The position numbers and the translations under genes are program-made. The notes beneath the pieces are model-generated. The model was not told the DNA's origin, searched no databases, and saw nothing but the letters and a program-made list of their open reading frames with translations. This document shows positions 9,827 through 18,451 of a DNA stretch of 34,081 bases, in pieces (the stretch's first letter is position 1; each line of letters starts with the position of its first letter). This DNA comes from a virus (taxonomy: Duplodnaviria; Caudoviricetes): positions 1 to 34,081 of IMG/VR virus record IMGVR_UViG_3300016667_000440, one strand, 5' to 3'.

Positions 9827-10010
9827 TAATCCATATACAATATTGGATTATACAGCTGAATTATTAAAGATAAAACCTGGACAAGTTAAAACATTACATG
9901 ATCATTGTTCTGATGAAGAAAAAGCATTCATTAAGAATTTTCTTGTAAATGAAAATCTAGATTTTAGACCTAAAATTCAAGCTATTATTAACAAATATCT
10001 AAACGGATGA
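9798..10010 (+). CDS. small hypothetical protein
   Basis: 70 aa ORF filling the gap between dut and the exonuclease; ATGA overlap with the next gene. Confidence 0.5.
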   Translation: MEDLEAQDNNNPYTILDYTAELLKIKPGQVKTLHDHCSDEEKAFIKNFLVNENLDFRPKIQAIINKYLNG

Positions 10011-10771
10011 GTATAAATAAAAGGGAAGTTAACAGGATCAAAAGATTGTACTTTGATATAGAAACTAGTTATAACATTGTAAAATCCTGGAGGATTGGTT
10101 ATGATGTAAATCTAGATCATAATAGTATAATCAAAGAGAGAGCAATAATTTGTATTTGCTATAAGTGGGAAGGTGAGAAAGATGTTAAGAGTTTAACATG
10201 GAATAAAGGTGATGATAGTAGCATGATAATTAAGTTCTCTGAGATCTTAAATTCTGCTGATGAAGTGGTAGGGCATAATAGTGATAAATTTGATGTTAAA
10301 TGGTTTAGAACTAGGTGTTTGTATCACGGAGTAGCATTAACTCCTTATATTCAATCTATTGATACCTTAAAAGAGGCTAAGAAACTATTCTTATTTAATT
10401 CTAATAAGTTAGATTATATAAGTAAGTTTATTGGTCTTGATGGTAAGATGGAAACTGGAGGATTAGAGTTGTGGGATGATATCATTCTAAGAAATAATAA
10501 ACAATCTCTTAATAAGATGGTTGAGTATTGTAAGAATGATGTTGTCTTACTAGAGAAAGTATTCTTAAAACTTAATCCTTATCTGAAAAATAAGATTACA
10601 AAAACTGTTCGTGTAGAAGGTGATGGTATTCATTGTGTAGAATGTAACTCTGATAACATCAAAAAAGTTAAGTTGCGTATTAGTGCAGCTGGTAGGTATA
10701 CACAACAGTATAAGTGTAATGATTGTGGTAAGTATCATTCAATTTCAATTAAGAACCCTAATAAAAAGTAA
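10007..10771 (+). CDS. RNase H-fold 3'-5' exonuclease (DEDDy, PolB-exo/RNase_H_2-like) with a C-terminal Zn ribbon
   Basis: ExoI FDIET, ExoII GHNSDKFD, SNKLDY, ExoIII YCKNDV; C-terminal CVEC...CNDC. Confidence 0.88.
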   Translation: MSINKREVNRIKRLYFDIETSYNIVKSWRIGYDVNLDHNSIIKERAIICICYKWEGEKDVKSLTWNKGDDSSMIIKFSEILNSADEVVGHNSDKFDVKWFRTRCLYHGVALTPYIQSIDTLKEAKKLFLFNSNKLDYISKFIGLDGKMETGGLELWDDIILRNNKQSLNKMVEYCKNDVVLLEKVFLKLNPYLKNKITKTVRVEGDGIHCVECNSDNIKKVKLRISAAGRYTQQYKCNDCGKYHSISIKNPNKK

Positions 10772-10772
10772 T

Positions 10773-11099
10773 ATGTATCCAGGTTATTTAAGTCAATATC
10801 TTAGTAAAATATTAGCAGGTAGATCATTAGAAGAATCTATTGAATCTCAACTTAATAAGTCTGAAATGACTAAAAAAGTATATGAAAAAGATGGTGTTAT
10901 TGTAACAGAAATTAGTGGTAGAACTGCTAGTGGAGGTTTTTATTCTGAAACTACTTATAGTTATAGGAATGAATCAACAGATTACAGTAAGCTTATTGAA
11001 CAAAAGTCGAATGAATTAAGTGAGGCTATAAAAAAACAAGATTTTGAAAGAGCAGCTATCTTAAGAGATGCAATTCTAGCTCTTAAACAAAATCAGTAA
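10773..11099 (+). CDS. small protein with a C-terminal UVR (UvrB/UvrC) coiled-coil motif
   Basis: C-terminus LSEAIKKQDFERAAILRDAI is a canonical UVR motif. ORF track start is 10683; likely start ATG 10773. Confidence 0.8.
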   Translation: MYPGYLSQYLSKILAGRSLEESIESQLNKSEMTKKVYEKDGVIVTEISGRTASGGFYSETTYSYRNESTDYSKLIEQKSNELSEAIKKQDFERAAILRDAILALKQNQ

Positions 11100-11127
11100 A
11101 TACTATTCTATATATTATTAGAATAAG

Positions 11128-11158
11128 TTGGGAATGACGAGTCGGGGGTATATATTTG
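11128..11158 (+). promoter_or_regulatory. Bacteroidota-type sigma70 promoter upstream of nrdJ
   Basis: TTG at 11128-11130, a 20 nt spacer, then TATATTTG (TAnnTTTG, the -7 element) at 11151-11158, within a 99 nt intergenic gap. Confidence 0.65.
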
Positions 11159-11169
11159 TACCCCCACTC
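11139..11169. repeat. GC-rich inverted repeat (11 bp stem with one bulge, 8 nt loop)
   Basis: GAGT-c-GGGGGTA / TACCCCC-ACTC around the loop TATATTTG; no U-tract on either side. Confidence 0.85.
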
Positions 11170-11198
11170 AATTAAGTGTGGAGAATTAAATAATATAT

Positions 11199-13067
11199 AT
11201 GATAGAAAACAAAAGAGAAACATCAATTGATGTCCTAAGCGACATTGTAGTATTTAACAAGTATGCAAAGTATATTCCTTCCTTAAAAAGGAGAGAAACT
11301 TATGGTGAAGTAGTAGATAGGTATATAAGTATGATGATTAAAAGATATCCTCAATTAAAAGAGGATATTATCTATAACTCAAAGTTTATATATGATAAGA
11401 AGATATTGCCTAGTATGAGAGCTATGCAATTCTCTGGTGCTGCTATTGAGAAGAATGAAGCTAGAATTTATAACTGTTGTTATTTACCTATAGATGACTA
11501 TAGAAGTTTTAGTGAGATTATGTTTCTCTTATTAGGAGGAACAGGTGTAGGATATTCTGTACAGAATAACCATGTTGAGAAGTTACCTGAAATTCATAAA
11601 CCTACTAAGGAACAAAAGTATCTTGTAGGTGATAGTATTGAGGGTTGGGCTGATGCTGTAAGACATCTTATGGCTAGTTACTTTGGACTTAGAACTACTA
11701 AACCTAATTTTGATTTTAGTGATATTAGAGCTAAAGGACAAAGACTTATTACAGCTGGTGGTAAAGCTCCAGGACCTGAACCCCTTATGAGGTGTTTATT
11801 TGAGATAGAAAGAATTCTTGATAGAAAAAATAATGGTGAGAAATTAACATCATTAGAAGTACATGATATTGTATGTCACTTAGCTGATTCAGTACTTGCA
11901 GGTGGTATTCGTAGAGCAGCATTAATCTGTTTATTTAATGCAGATGATGAAGCTATGCTTACTTGTAAGTTTGGTAATTGGTGGGAACAAAATCCTCAAA
12001 GAGGTAGAGCTAATAACTCTGCTGTCTTAGTAAGACATAAGATATCAGAAGAATTCTTCTTAGACTTGTGGAAGAAAATTGAGTTATCTAATAGTGGAGA
12101 ACCAGGTATTTATTTTACTAATAACCCTGACTGGGGAACAAATCCTTGTTGCGAGATTGCACTAAGACCTTATCAGTTTTGTAATTTATCTGAGATTAAT
12201 GTATCAAACTTAGAATCTCAAGAAGATTATAATCAAAGAGCAGCAGCTGCTTCATTCTTTGGTACATTACAAGCAGGTTTTACAGACTTCCATTATCTTA
12301 GACCTATTTGGAAGAAAACTACTGAGAAAGATGCTCTAATAGGTATAGGAATGACTGGTATTGCTTCTAATGAAGTATTTAAGTATAATCCTAGAGAAGC
12401 TACAGAAGTTGTTATTAAAACTAATAAAGAAGTAGCTAAGATAATAGGTGTTAATCCTGCAGCTAGAACAACTTGTATTAAGCCATCTGGTACTACTAGT
12501 TTAGTATTAGGTGTAAGTTCAGGTATTCATGCTTGGCATAATGATTACTACATTAGAAGGATGCAGATGAATAAATCTGAAGCTATCTATGAGTATTTAA
12601 GTGCTAATCATCCTGAGATTATACAAGACTATAAGATGATTCCTAATAGTGCTGTAGTAGAGATTCCTATTAAAGCTCCTGAAGGTGCTACTATTAGAAA
12701 TAAAGAAACAGCTTTAGAGTTACTTAATAAAGTAAAAACACTAAATGAAACTTGGATTAAACCAGGTCATAATGCTGGAGAAAATACTCACAACATATCT
12801 GCTACTATATCTGTAAAAGATACTGAGTGGGAATCTGTAGGTAAATGGATGTGGGATAATAGATCTTGTTTTAATGGATTAAGTGTTTTACCTTATGATG
12901 GTGGTAGTTATATTCAAGCACCTTTTGAAGATATAACTAAAGAGCAATATGATGAATTAATTAAACATGTTCATTCTATAGATCTTACTAAAGTTATTGA
13001 AGCTGATGATAATACAACATTAGTTGATGAAGTAGCTTGTGGAGCATCTGGTTGTGAAGTAAAATAA
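11199..13067 (+). CDS. nrdJ: class II adenosylcobalamin-dependent ribonucleotide reductase (monomeric RTPR type)
   Basis: LPSMR, YNCC, GTGVG, GGIRRAA, GEPG, TNPCCEI (thiyl Cys), CNLSE, KPSGTTS and the C-terminal redox pair CGASGC; no beta-subunit gene adjacent. Confidence 0.93.
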   Translation: MIENKRETSIDVLSDIVVFNKYAKYIPSLKRRETYGEVVDRYISMMIKRYPQLKEDIIYNSKFIYDKKILPSMRAMQFSGAAIEKNEARIYNCCYLPIDDYRSFSEIMFLLLGGTGVGYSVQNNHVEKLPEIHKPTKEQKYLVGDSIEGWADAVRHLMASYFGLRTTKPNFDFSDIRAKGQRLITAGGKAPGPEPLMRCLFEIERILDRKNNGEKLTSLEVHDIVCHLADSVLAGGIRRAALICLFNADDEAMLTCKFGNWWEQNPQRGRANNSAVLVRHKISEEFFLDLWKKIELSNSGEPGIYFTNNPDWGTNPCCEIALRPYQFCNLSEINVSNLESQEDYNQRAAAASFFGTLQAGFTDFHYLRPIWKKTTEKDALIGIGMTGIASNEVFKYNPREATEVVIKTNKEVAKIIGVNPAARTTCIKPSGTTSLVLGVSSGIHAWHNDYYIRRMQMNKSEAIYEYLSANHPEIIQDYKMIPNSAVVEIPIKAPEGATIRNKETALELLNKVKTLNETWIKPGHNAGENTHNISATISVKDTEWESVGKWMWDNRSCFNGLSVLPYDGGSYIQAPFEDITKEQYDELIKHVHSIDLTKVIEADDNTTLVDEVACGASGCEVK

Positions 13068-13074
13068 AAATCTC

Positions 13075-13737
13075 ATGAGAACACCTAATAGACCAAGAAA
13101 AAATGAAATTAAAGCTATCAATGCTATTCAGTTAAATGATGAGCAGAAAAGAGCTAAACAATTAATAATTGATAACCAAATAGTTATAGTGACTGGTAGA
13201 GCTGGATCAGGTAAATCCCTGGTCTGTGCTCAAACAGCACTAGATTTCTTAAAGAAAAAACAAGTAGATTGTATCTGGAATACTAGAGCTGCAATTGAAG
13301 TTGGTAAATCTTTAGGATTTTTACCTGGTGAATTGAATGAAAAGTTTGATCCTTATATGGAAGCTTTTTTAGATAACCTTAATAAGTGTTGTACTAATAA
13401 AGAAGAAGTTGATACTCTATTAAAGAGTGAAAAGATTAAAGCTTTACCTATTCAGTTTATTAGAGGTAAAACTATTGATGACATATTAATAGTTGAGGAG
13501 GCACAAAATACCACCAAAGCTGAAATGTTAGCTGTACTTACAAGGTTAGGAAAAACTGGTAAGATAATTGTTAATGGTGATAATGAACAGAAGGATATAA
13601 AGGATGAGTTTAATGGACTATCTTATGCTATTGAACTGTCTAAGTCAATAGATGGAATTAAGTGGATTAAACTTAAAGAAAATCATAGATCTGACCTAGT
13701 AGGTAAGATATTAGACTATGAATACAATGGTAAGTAA
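13075..13737 (+). CDS. phoH: PhoH-family ATPase
   Basis: GRAGSGKS, LGFLPG, RGKT, EEAQN, TRLGK, GDxxQxD and HRS. Confidence 0.93.
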   Translation: MRTPNRPRKNEIKAINAIQLNDEQKRAKQLIIDNQIVIVTGRAGSGKSLVCAQTALDFLKKKQVDCIWNTRAAIEVGKSLGFLPGELNEKFDPYMEAFLDNLNKCCTNKEEVDTLLKSEKIKALPIQFIRGKTIDDILIVEEAQNTTKAEMLAVLTRLGKTGKIIVNGDNEQKDIKDEFNGLSYAIELSKSIDGIKWIKLKENHRSDLVGKILDYEYNGK

Positions 13738-13759
13738 TAACAATTTTAAATTAAAGATT

Positions 13760-14002
13760 ATGAAGAAAGGTAAAGGAACTACAAAAGGTAAAGTTAAATG
13801 TGTAACTACTAAAACTATTAAAGGTAAACGTATTACAAGTACAGGTAAGACACTTCCTACAGGTATTTATGTATCCAATAATAATCCTGATAATGTGACT
13901 TATATGGCACGTCCTACTATTAATGGTACTAGAGTATACCTAGGTAGTTTTAAATCAATTAATCGAGCTAAAAAGGCTATAAAACAAGCTAGTAATGCAT
14001 AA
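13760..14002 (+). CDS. small basic protein with an AP2-like DNA-binding domain
   Basis: TGIYV...YMARPTINGTRVYLGSFKSINRAKKA fits the AP2 three-strand plus helix pattern; Lys/Thr-rich N-terminus. ORF 13718..14002, likely start ATG 13760. Confidence 0.7.
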   Translation: MKKGKGTTKGKVKCVTTKTIKGKRITSTGKTLPTGIYVSNNNPDNVTYMARPTINGTRVYLGSFKSINRAKKAIKQASNA

Positions 14003-14006
14003 TAAG

Positions 14007-14038
14007 AAAGGGGAGCCAATAACTCCCCTTTTTATTTT
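14007..14038. terminator. intrinsic terminator between convergent operons, possibly bidirectional
   Basis: AAAGGGGAG-ccaataa-CTCCCCTTT followed by TTATTTT on the + strand; the A-rich 5' side gives a weaker U-tract on the - strand. Sits between the stops at 14002 (+) and 14037 (-). Confidence 0.88.
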
Positions 14039-17000
14039 AATATTCATTATTCTTATCTCTTTCAAATGGTTCAAATAGTTTTGCAAGTTGAAAACCATAT
14101 AACCATTTAAAACTATAATAAAAAAGAGGAGTATCATCTTTTTTCTTAGCTTTTTTACCTGTTTTACCAGAAAGATGAATTAATGACCTACCTTCAGCTT
14201 CACCAAAAATATCTAAGGCTTCATCAAAAGTATTACCAAGGGTGCTATAAAATTCATCAGCTAAACCCATAAGAGGGATAGGATTTTTAAATAAAGCATA
14301 CCAGTCAGCAGGATTGATTATACCAACTAACTCTCTACGATATCTATTAAGAGTTCTATAAAGTTCTCGCGTGGCTAAGTTTTTTTTATAGTACTTCTCA
14401 TCATCATCACCTCCACCTGCTAACATAGATAATAATGTATATATACCTATAATAAATCTTAATTCTGTAGCAAGAGCTTTTATTTGACCTTGTTTATATT
14501 CTAAAAAATCTTCAAATCTATAGGTACCATTAGCAACTGCAGGTATATTAGGATTTTGTAATTTATAATGTTCAAAAGCTACTCTAGCTCTATGTTCATT
14601 AACTTGATATCTTAAAGGTGATGTTGCTGACATTTTGTCAAAAAATCCACCAAATGTAACTATTTCAAAACTAAGTTTAGCTACACTTTGTGCTATATAA
14701 CCAAGTAATCTAAATGAAGCTTTTTCATCAGGACCTAATTGATCAGTTAAAAAAGCAGTATATCTAGCTTCAGTAATAGTACGAGTTCTAGGTGAATATC
14801 TTAAACTACTTCTATTAGAATTATTAACAAAAATATTAATAAGTCCATCATCAATACCTCTAAACCTTTCTTCAGCAAGAGCAGGTAACCAACCTCTAAA
14901 AGCCATAGCTAACTTACCAAACATAGTAGTATTAAATGCATTTAAATCTTCAGAGTTTATACCACCTTTAATAGTATTAACAGTAGCCATAACAGTACCT
15001 CTAAATTCAGAATATAATCTTGCACCTTCTTTAGTTAATCCATTCTTATCAAGAATACCATCTATAATAAGATCATCACCTTCAATTCTAGCTGTATCTA
15101 ATAAACTTTTATAAGTACCAGCTTCTCTATCTTTTTTAGTTAATCTTGTTAATTGTCCATTAAGAATAGTATAATTTTGTAACATACTATACATTACTTG
15201 TTCATCAACATGTTCATCACCTGATCTAAAAGCAGCTAATAAAGTATCATAATTTATTAGTTTAGCAACTTTATTTTTAGATGAAAATTCTTTAGCAACA
15301 TCAGTACCACGTTTATTTGCATAAGGTTGAAAAAAGTTAGCTAAAGCAAAGTATAATTCTTTATTTCTAAATCTATCGTTTAAAGATTTTCTAAACTGTT
15401 GTTTAGTATAAAAATAACCTTTTTCAGCTTCAAATAAAGCATTAGTTCTAGCACCAGCTAAGTTAACTGTAGCTGATTTAAAACTAAGTGCTAATTGTTT
15501 TAATTGTTGATAATTTTTACCTTTTAAAAGTAATTGACCAAGTTCATTACCTTGAGCAGACATACCATATAAATGAAAATCTACTAATTGTTCAAATGTT
15601 TTAGATTCATCACTTTGTTTAGATTTCTCTCTATTAGGAGTATTAACACCACTAATTGATTTAGTAGTACCATCACTAGTAGTTTCAACAACACCTTTTG
15701 TAGCTAATATTTCTTTTAAAGCTTCCATATTAGCTTCAATCTGTTTAAGATTGTTATAATTATAAGCCATCTCAGCAAATAAAACTACACTTTTAGATAA
15801 GTCAAAAGATTTTAAACTATTATCTATATTTCCTTGTTGATTAATAATAGGATTAATAAATAATCTAGGTATTTGTCTTTTAGCTAAACCAGTTTCAGGA
15901 TCTATTTCAGTACGAATTGTCATAGTATCTTGTCTATACGTTGTAACATTTTCTTGAATAGACATCATTTCTTTAAACTTTTCTATTGAAAGTGTAAAGT
16001 TACCTGTTAAATATTGTTCTACTAAATCAGCTTTAATATTAGGAATAAAGTTATTTGGTATTTTATTATATGGTAAATCTAAAAGTATTCTAAATTCTTC
16101 CATACTATCATTCCAAAAATTATAGTAATCTAATAATGGTTTATTATTTTTAATCTTTAAAAAATCAGGATTAAAATCAGATTCAGATAAAGTACTTTCA
16201 TCAACTTCTTGATAAATATACCAATAATCACTATACTTTACTTTATTGTTTACATTATCAGGATTATTTTCTTTCATCCAGTCATCAAGTATTGAACTAT
16301 TATCTTGATCAGCAACACTTATTGAGTTAATAGCCATAAACTTAAGTTTACGTTCTTCATAAATTTCTTTATAATTATCTTTAAACTTAAGATGTTTTTT
16401 TAAAAAAGCACTATCTTTTGAATCTCTAGCAATTTTAAGTTTATCATAAAACTCTGCTTTTATTTTAGTATGTAAATTACCAGTTTTTTCATTTACTAAT
16501 AACTTATATACACTAAAACCAGGCATTCCATTAGCTTGACCCCACTTTTGTATTTCTTCATCAAACTTTTTAAGTTTTTTAGAAAATGATTGTACAGACA
16601 ATCTTGTGTTATCATTAGCTCTACTTATTTTATTATAAGCTTCTTTAAATATAGTATTATTAATACCACTAAACTTTCTAAAAAGTTTATCCCACCAACT
16701 TATGCTTTTATCTCCTTTAAGAAGTTCTTGTTGATCAGCACTTAAATTTCTATCAATAAGTTTTTGTTGTAATATTTTTGCTAAAGCATCAGTCTTACCA
16801 CCTAATACATTAATTGCATTAATATATTCTATTTTTTTAGCATCTGATAAGCTAGGAAGAGTTTTAAGAAACTCTGAAGAACTTGCTGCAATACTTTTAA
16901 ATATAGCAATATCTGCTTTTAAATCAAGAATTTTATCATTACTTAAATACTCAGGACTATTAGGATTATCAATATCTTTAGTAATATTATTAAAATCATC

Positions 17001-18224
17001 TAAATAATTTTTAACAATGCTTTCATATTCTTTTTTTACATATTCAAAATCTTTAGATAACATTAATTGACTAATACTAGTATTTAAATTTCTAATTCTA
17101 GTCATAAGTTTTTTATACTCAGGAGAACTTTGTACAAGTTCTTGAGCACGTTTAGTTAAGTTATTTCTAAGAATTAAAGCATCTTCTAAACTTTGATTTA
17201 ATGTTTCACTACCAGTATCTTCTAATATAAGAGGGATTTGTTGTAAAAATTCATTTGCACCAGTACCAATTTTAATACTTTTTATCTTACCAGTAAGTGT
17301 TTGACCTGGTTTTTTAGTAGTATCTGTTTTAACTTTACTTTGAAGATTCATTTGAATAGGAGCAACTCTAGCAAATCTATAATTTTTAACACCTAAAGTT
17401 TTACCCATTTCCATAAGTAATGGTATCTGAGCATTAAAATCTTCCATCTTATAATCAGGAATCCAATTAGGATCTGTAATTCTTCCTGCTTTAACAGAAG
17501 ATGGTTTAGGAGTAATAGTTTTCCAATCTATAAGACCACCAGTTTTATCTGAAAAAACAACATGAACGTCAGCAGTACCACCTATATTTTTAAGTTTATT
17601 AAATAGAGTAGCTTCAACTTGTAATAAAGCTTTACCATTAGGATTTATTTTTTTCTGAGTATCAATAATAAATTTAATATTATTTTCAATTTCTTTAAAT
17701 AAATTATCCCAATCAGTATTAGAAGGCAATCCTAATTCTTGTTGAATAGTTGCTAAAGACTTAACTTTATTTTTATCATAAATAGATTCTAATATGTTTG
17801 TAGAATCATTAGCAATTAAAAACTTAAATATATCTTCTATTGCTTTATGAACTTTAGTACCAGCATTAGCTTTAATTTCATTATCAGGAAGTTTATTTTC
17901 ATCAGCAGCAGTACCAGCACCTCGTCTTCTACTATATCTAGCTTTAGCAATATCTGTAGTTCTACCTTTAAATGCTAGTTCTTTAGTATCTAACCACACA
18001 TAACGCATAGTTTTACCACTAGGATCTAAATGATATCCTTTAGTTAATTGTGTATTATCTACTAACTCAGTAGTTAACTTATCTTGTATTACTTTAAGCC
18101 TATTAAAAACATCTTGTACACTTTCATTAGGATCAGATGATAACCAATTACTTGTTATCTTATTATTAACAGCATCTCTAACTTCAGCAATTGTTGTTTT
18201 ATTTGGATCTATTGAACAACTCAT
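14037..18224 (-). CDS. large virion cargo/ejection-type protein with an N-terminal PD-(D/E)XK nuclease domain
   Basis: 1395 aa. AGTKVH...E..L....GGTADV....LIDWKT nuclease motifs, a long helical body and a hydrophobic segment FIIGIYTLLSMLAGG near the C-terminus. Located in the giant-gene block with the virion RNAP. Confidence 0.7.
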   Translation of the reverse strand: MSCSIDPNKTTIAEVRDAVNNKITSNWLSSDPNESVQDVFNRLKVIQDKLTTELVDNTQLTKGYHLDPSGKTMRYVWLDTKELAFKGRTTDIAKARYSRRRGAGTAADENKLPDNEIKANAGTKVHKAIEDIFKFLIANDSTNILESIYDKNKVKSLATIQQELGLPSNTDWDNLFKEIENNIKFIIDTQKKINPNGKALLQVEATLFNKLKNIGGTADVHVVFSDKTGGLIDWKTITPKPSSVKAGRITDPNWIPDYKMEDFNAQIPLLMEMGKTLGVKNYRFARVAPIQMNLQSKVKTDTTKKPGQTLTGKIKSIKIGTGANEFLQQIPLILEDTGSETLNQSLEDALILRNNLTKRAQELVQSSPEYKKLMTRIRNLNTSISQLMLSKDFEYVKKEYESIVKNYLDDFNNITKDIDNPNSPEYLSNDKILDLKADIAIFKSIAASSSEFLKTLPSLSDAKKIEYINAINVLGGKTDALAKILQQKLIDRNLSADQQELLKGDKSISWWDKLFRKFSGINNTIFKEAYNKISRANDNTRLSVQSFSKKLKKFDEEIQKWGQANGMPGFSVYKLLVNEKTGNLHTKIKAEFYDKLKIARDSKDSAFLKKHLKFKDNYKEIYEERKLKFMAINSISVADQDNSSILDDWMKENNPDNVNNKVKYSDYWYIYQEVDESTLSESDFNPDFLKIKNNKPLLDYYNFWNDSMEEFRILLDLPYNKIPNNFIPNIKADLVEQYLTGNFTLSIEKFKEMMSIQENVTTYRQDTMTIRTEIDPETGLAKRQIPRLFINPIINQQGNIDNSLKSFDLSKSVVLFAEMAYNYNNLKQIEANMEALKEILATKGVVETTSDGTTKSISGVNTPNREKSKQSDESKTFEQLVDFHLYGMSAQGNELGQLLLKGKNYQQLKQLALSFKSATVNLAGARTNALFEAEKGYFYTKQQFRKSLNDRFRNKELYFALANFFQPYANKRGTDVAKEFSSKNKVAKLINYDTLLAAFRSGDEHVDEQVMYSMLQNYTILNGQLTRLTKKDREAGTYKSLLDTARIEGDDLIIDGILDKNGLTKEGARLYSEFRGTVMATVNTIKGGINSEDLNAFNTTMFGKLAMAFRGWLPALAEERFRGIDDGLINIFVNNSNRSSLRYSPRTRTITEARYTAFLTDQLGPDEKASFRLLGYIAQSVAKLSFEIVTFGGFFDKMSATSPLRYQVNEHRARVAFEHYKLQNPNIPAVANGTYRFEDFLEYKQGQIKALATELRFIIGIYTLLSMLAGGGDDDEKYYKKNLATRELYRTLNRYRRELVGIINPADWYALFKNPIPLMGLADEFYSTLGNTFDEALDIFGEAEGRSLIHLSGKTGKKAKKKDDTPLFYYSFKWLYGFQLAKLFEPFERDKNNEY

Positions 18225-18451
18225 TTTATATATTCTGATTTATTTGATTTATTTATTTCATTTCTAGATTTAGTTCTATTAATACAAAATCTAACTCTTC
18301 TATTATCAAGTATCCATATCTCACCATTATCTAAAGCAACAGTAAAATAAAGATAATCTTCTTCATGTGTTTCATTAACTAAAAATGCATATCCCTCAGC
18401 ATCAAACTCAGGGATATACACAGGTATTGTTGGATTTAATTGTAATAACAT
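18221..18451 (-). CDS. small conserved phage hypothetical protein
   Basis: 76 aa, overlapping both neighbours. MLLQLNPxIPV...G.A.L....E....F.VALD.GEIW...N..VR...N.T..R resembles a recurring small phage family (from recall). Confidence 0.7.
   Translation of the reverse strand: MLLQLNPTIPVYIPEFDAEGYAFLVNETHEEDYLYFTVALDNGEIWILDNRRVRFCINRTKSRNEINKSNKSEYIK

Noticed and set aside
11100-11198. Cobalamin riboswitch upstream of the B12-dependent nrdJ
   Set aside because: The gap is only 99 nt with a single hairpin and no recognisable B12-box, which is too small and simple.
11199-13067. Intein or intron in nrdJ, the helicase or the RNAP
   Set aside because: RNR and helicase lengths are compact, frames are continuous, and no intein-like C...HN-[CST] boundaries or LAGLIDADG motifs were seen.
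13955-14137. 60 aa minus-strand ORF
   Set aside because: It overlaps the ends of two real genes and runs through the terminator.
17330-17880. Cas4 call for the PD-(D/E)XK domain
   Set aside because: The protein lacks the four Fe-S cluster cysteines and there is no CRISPR context.
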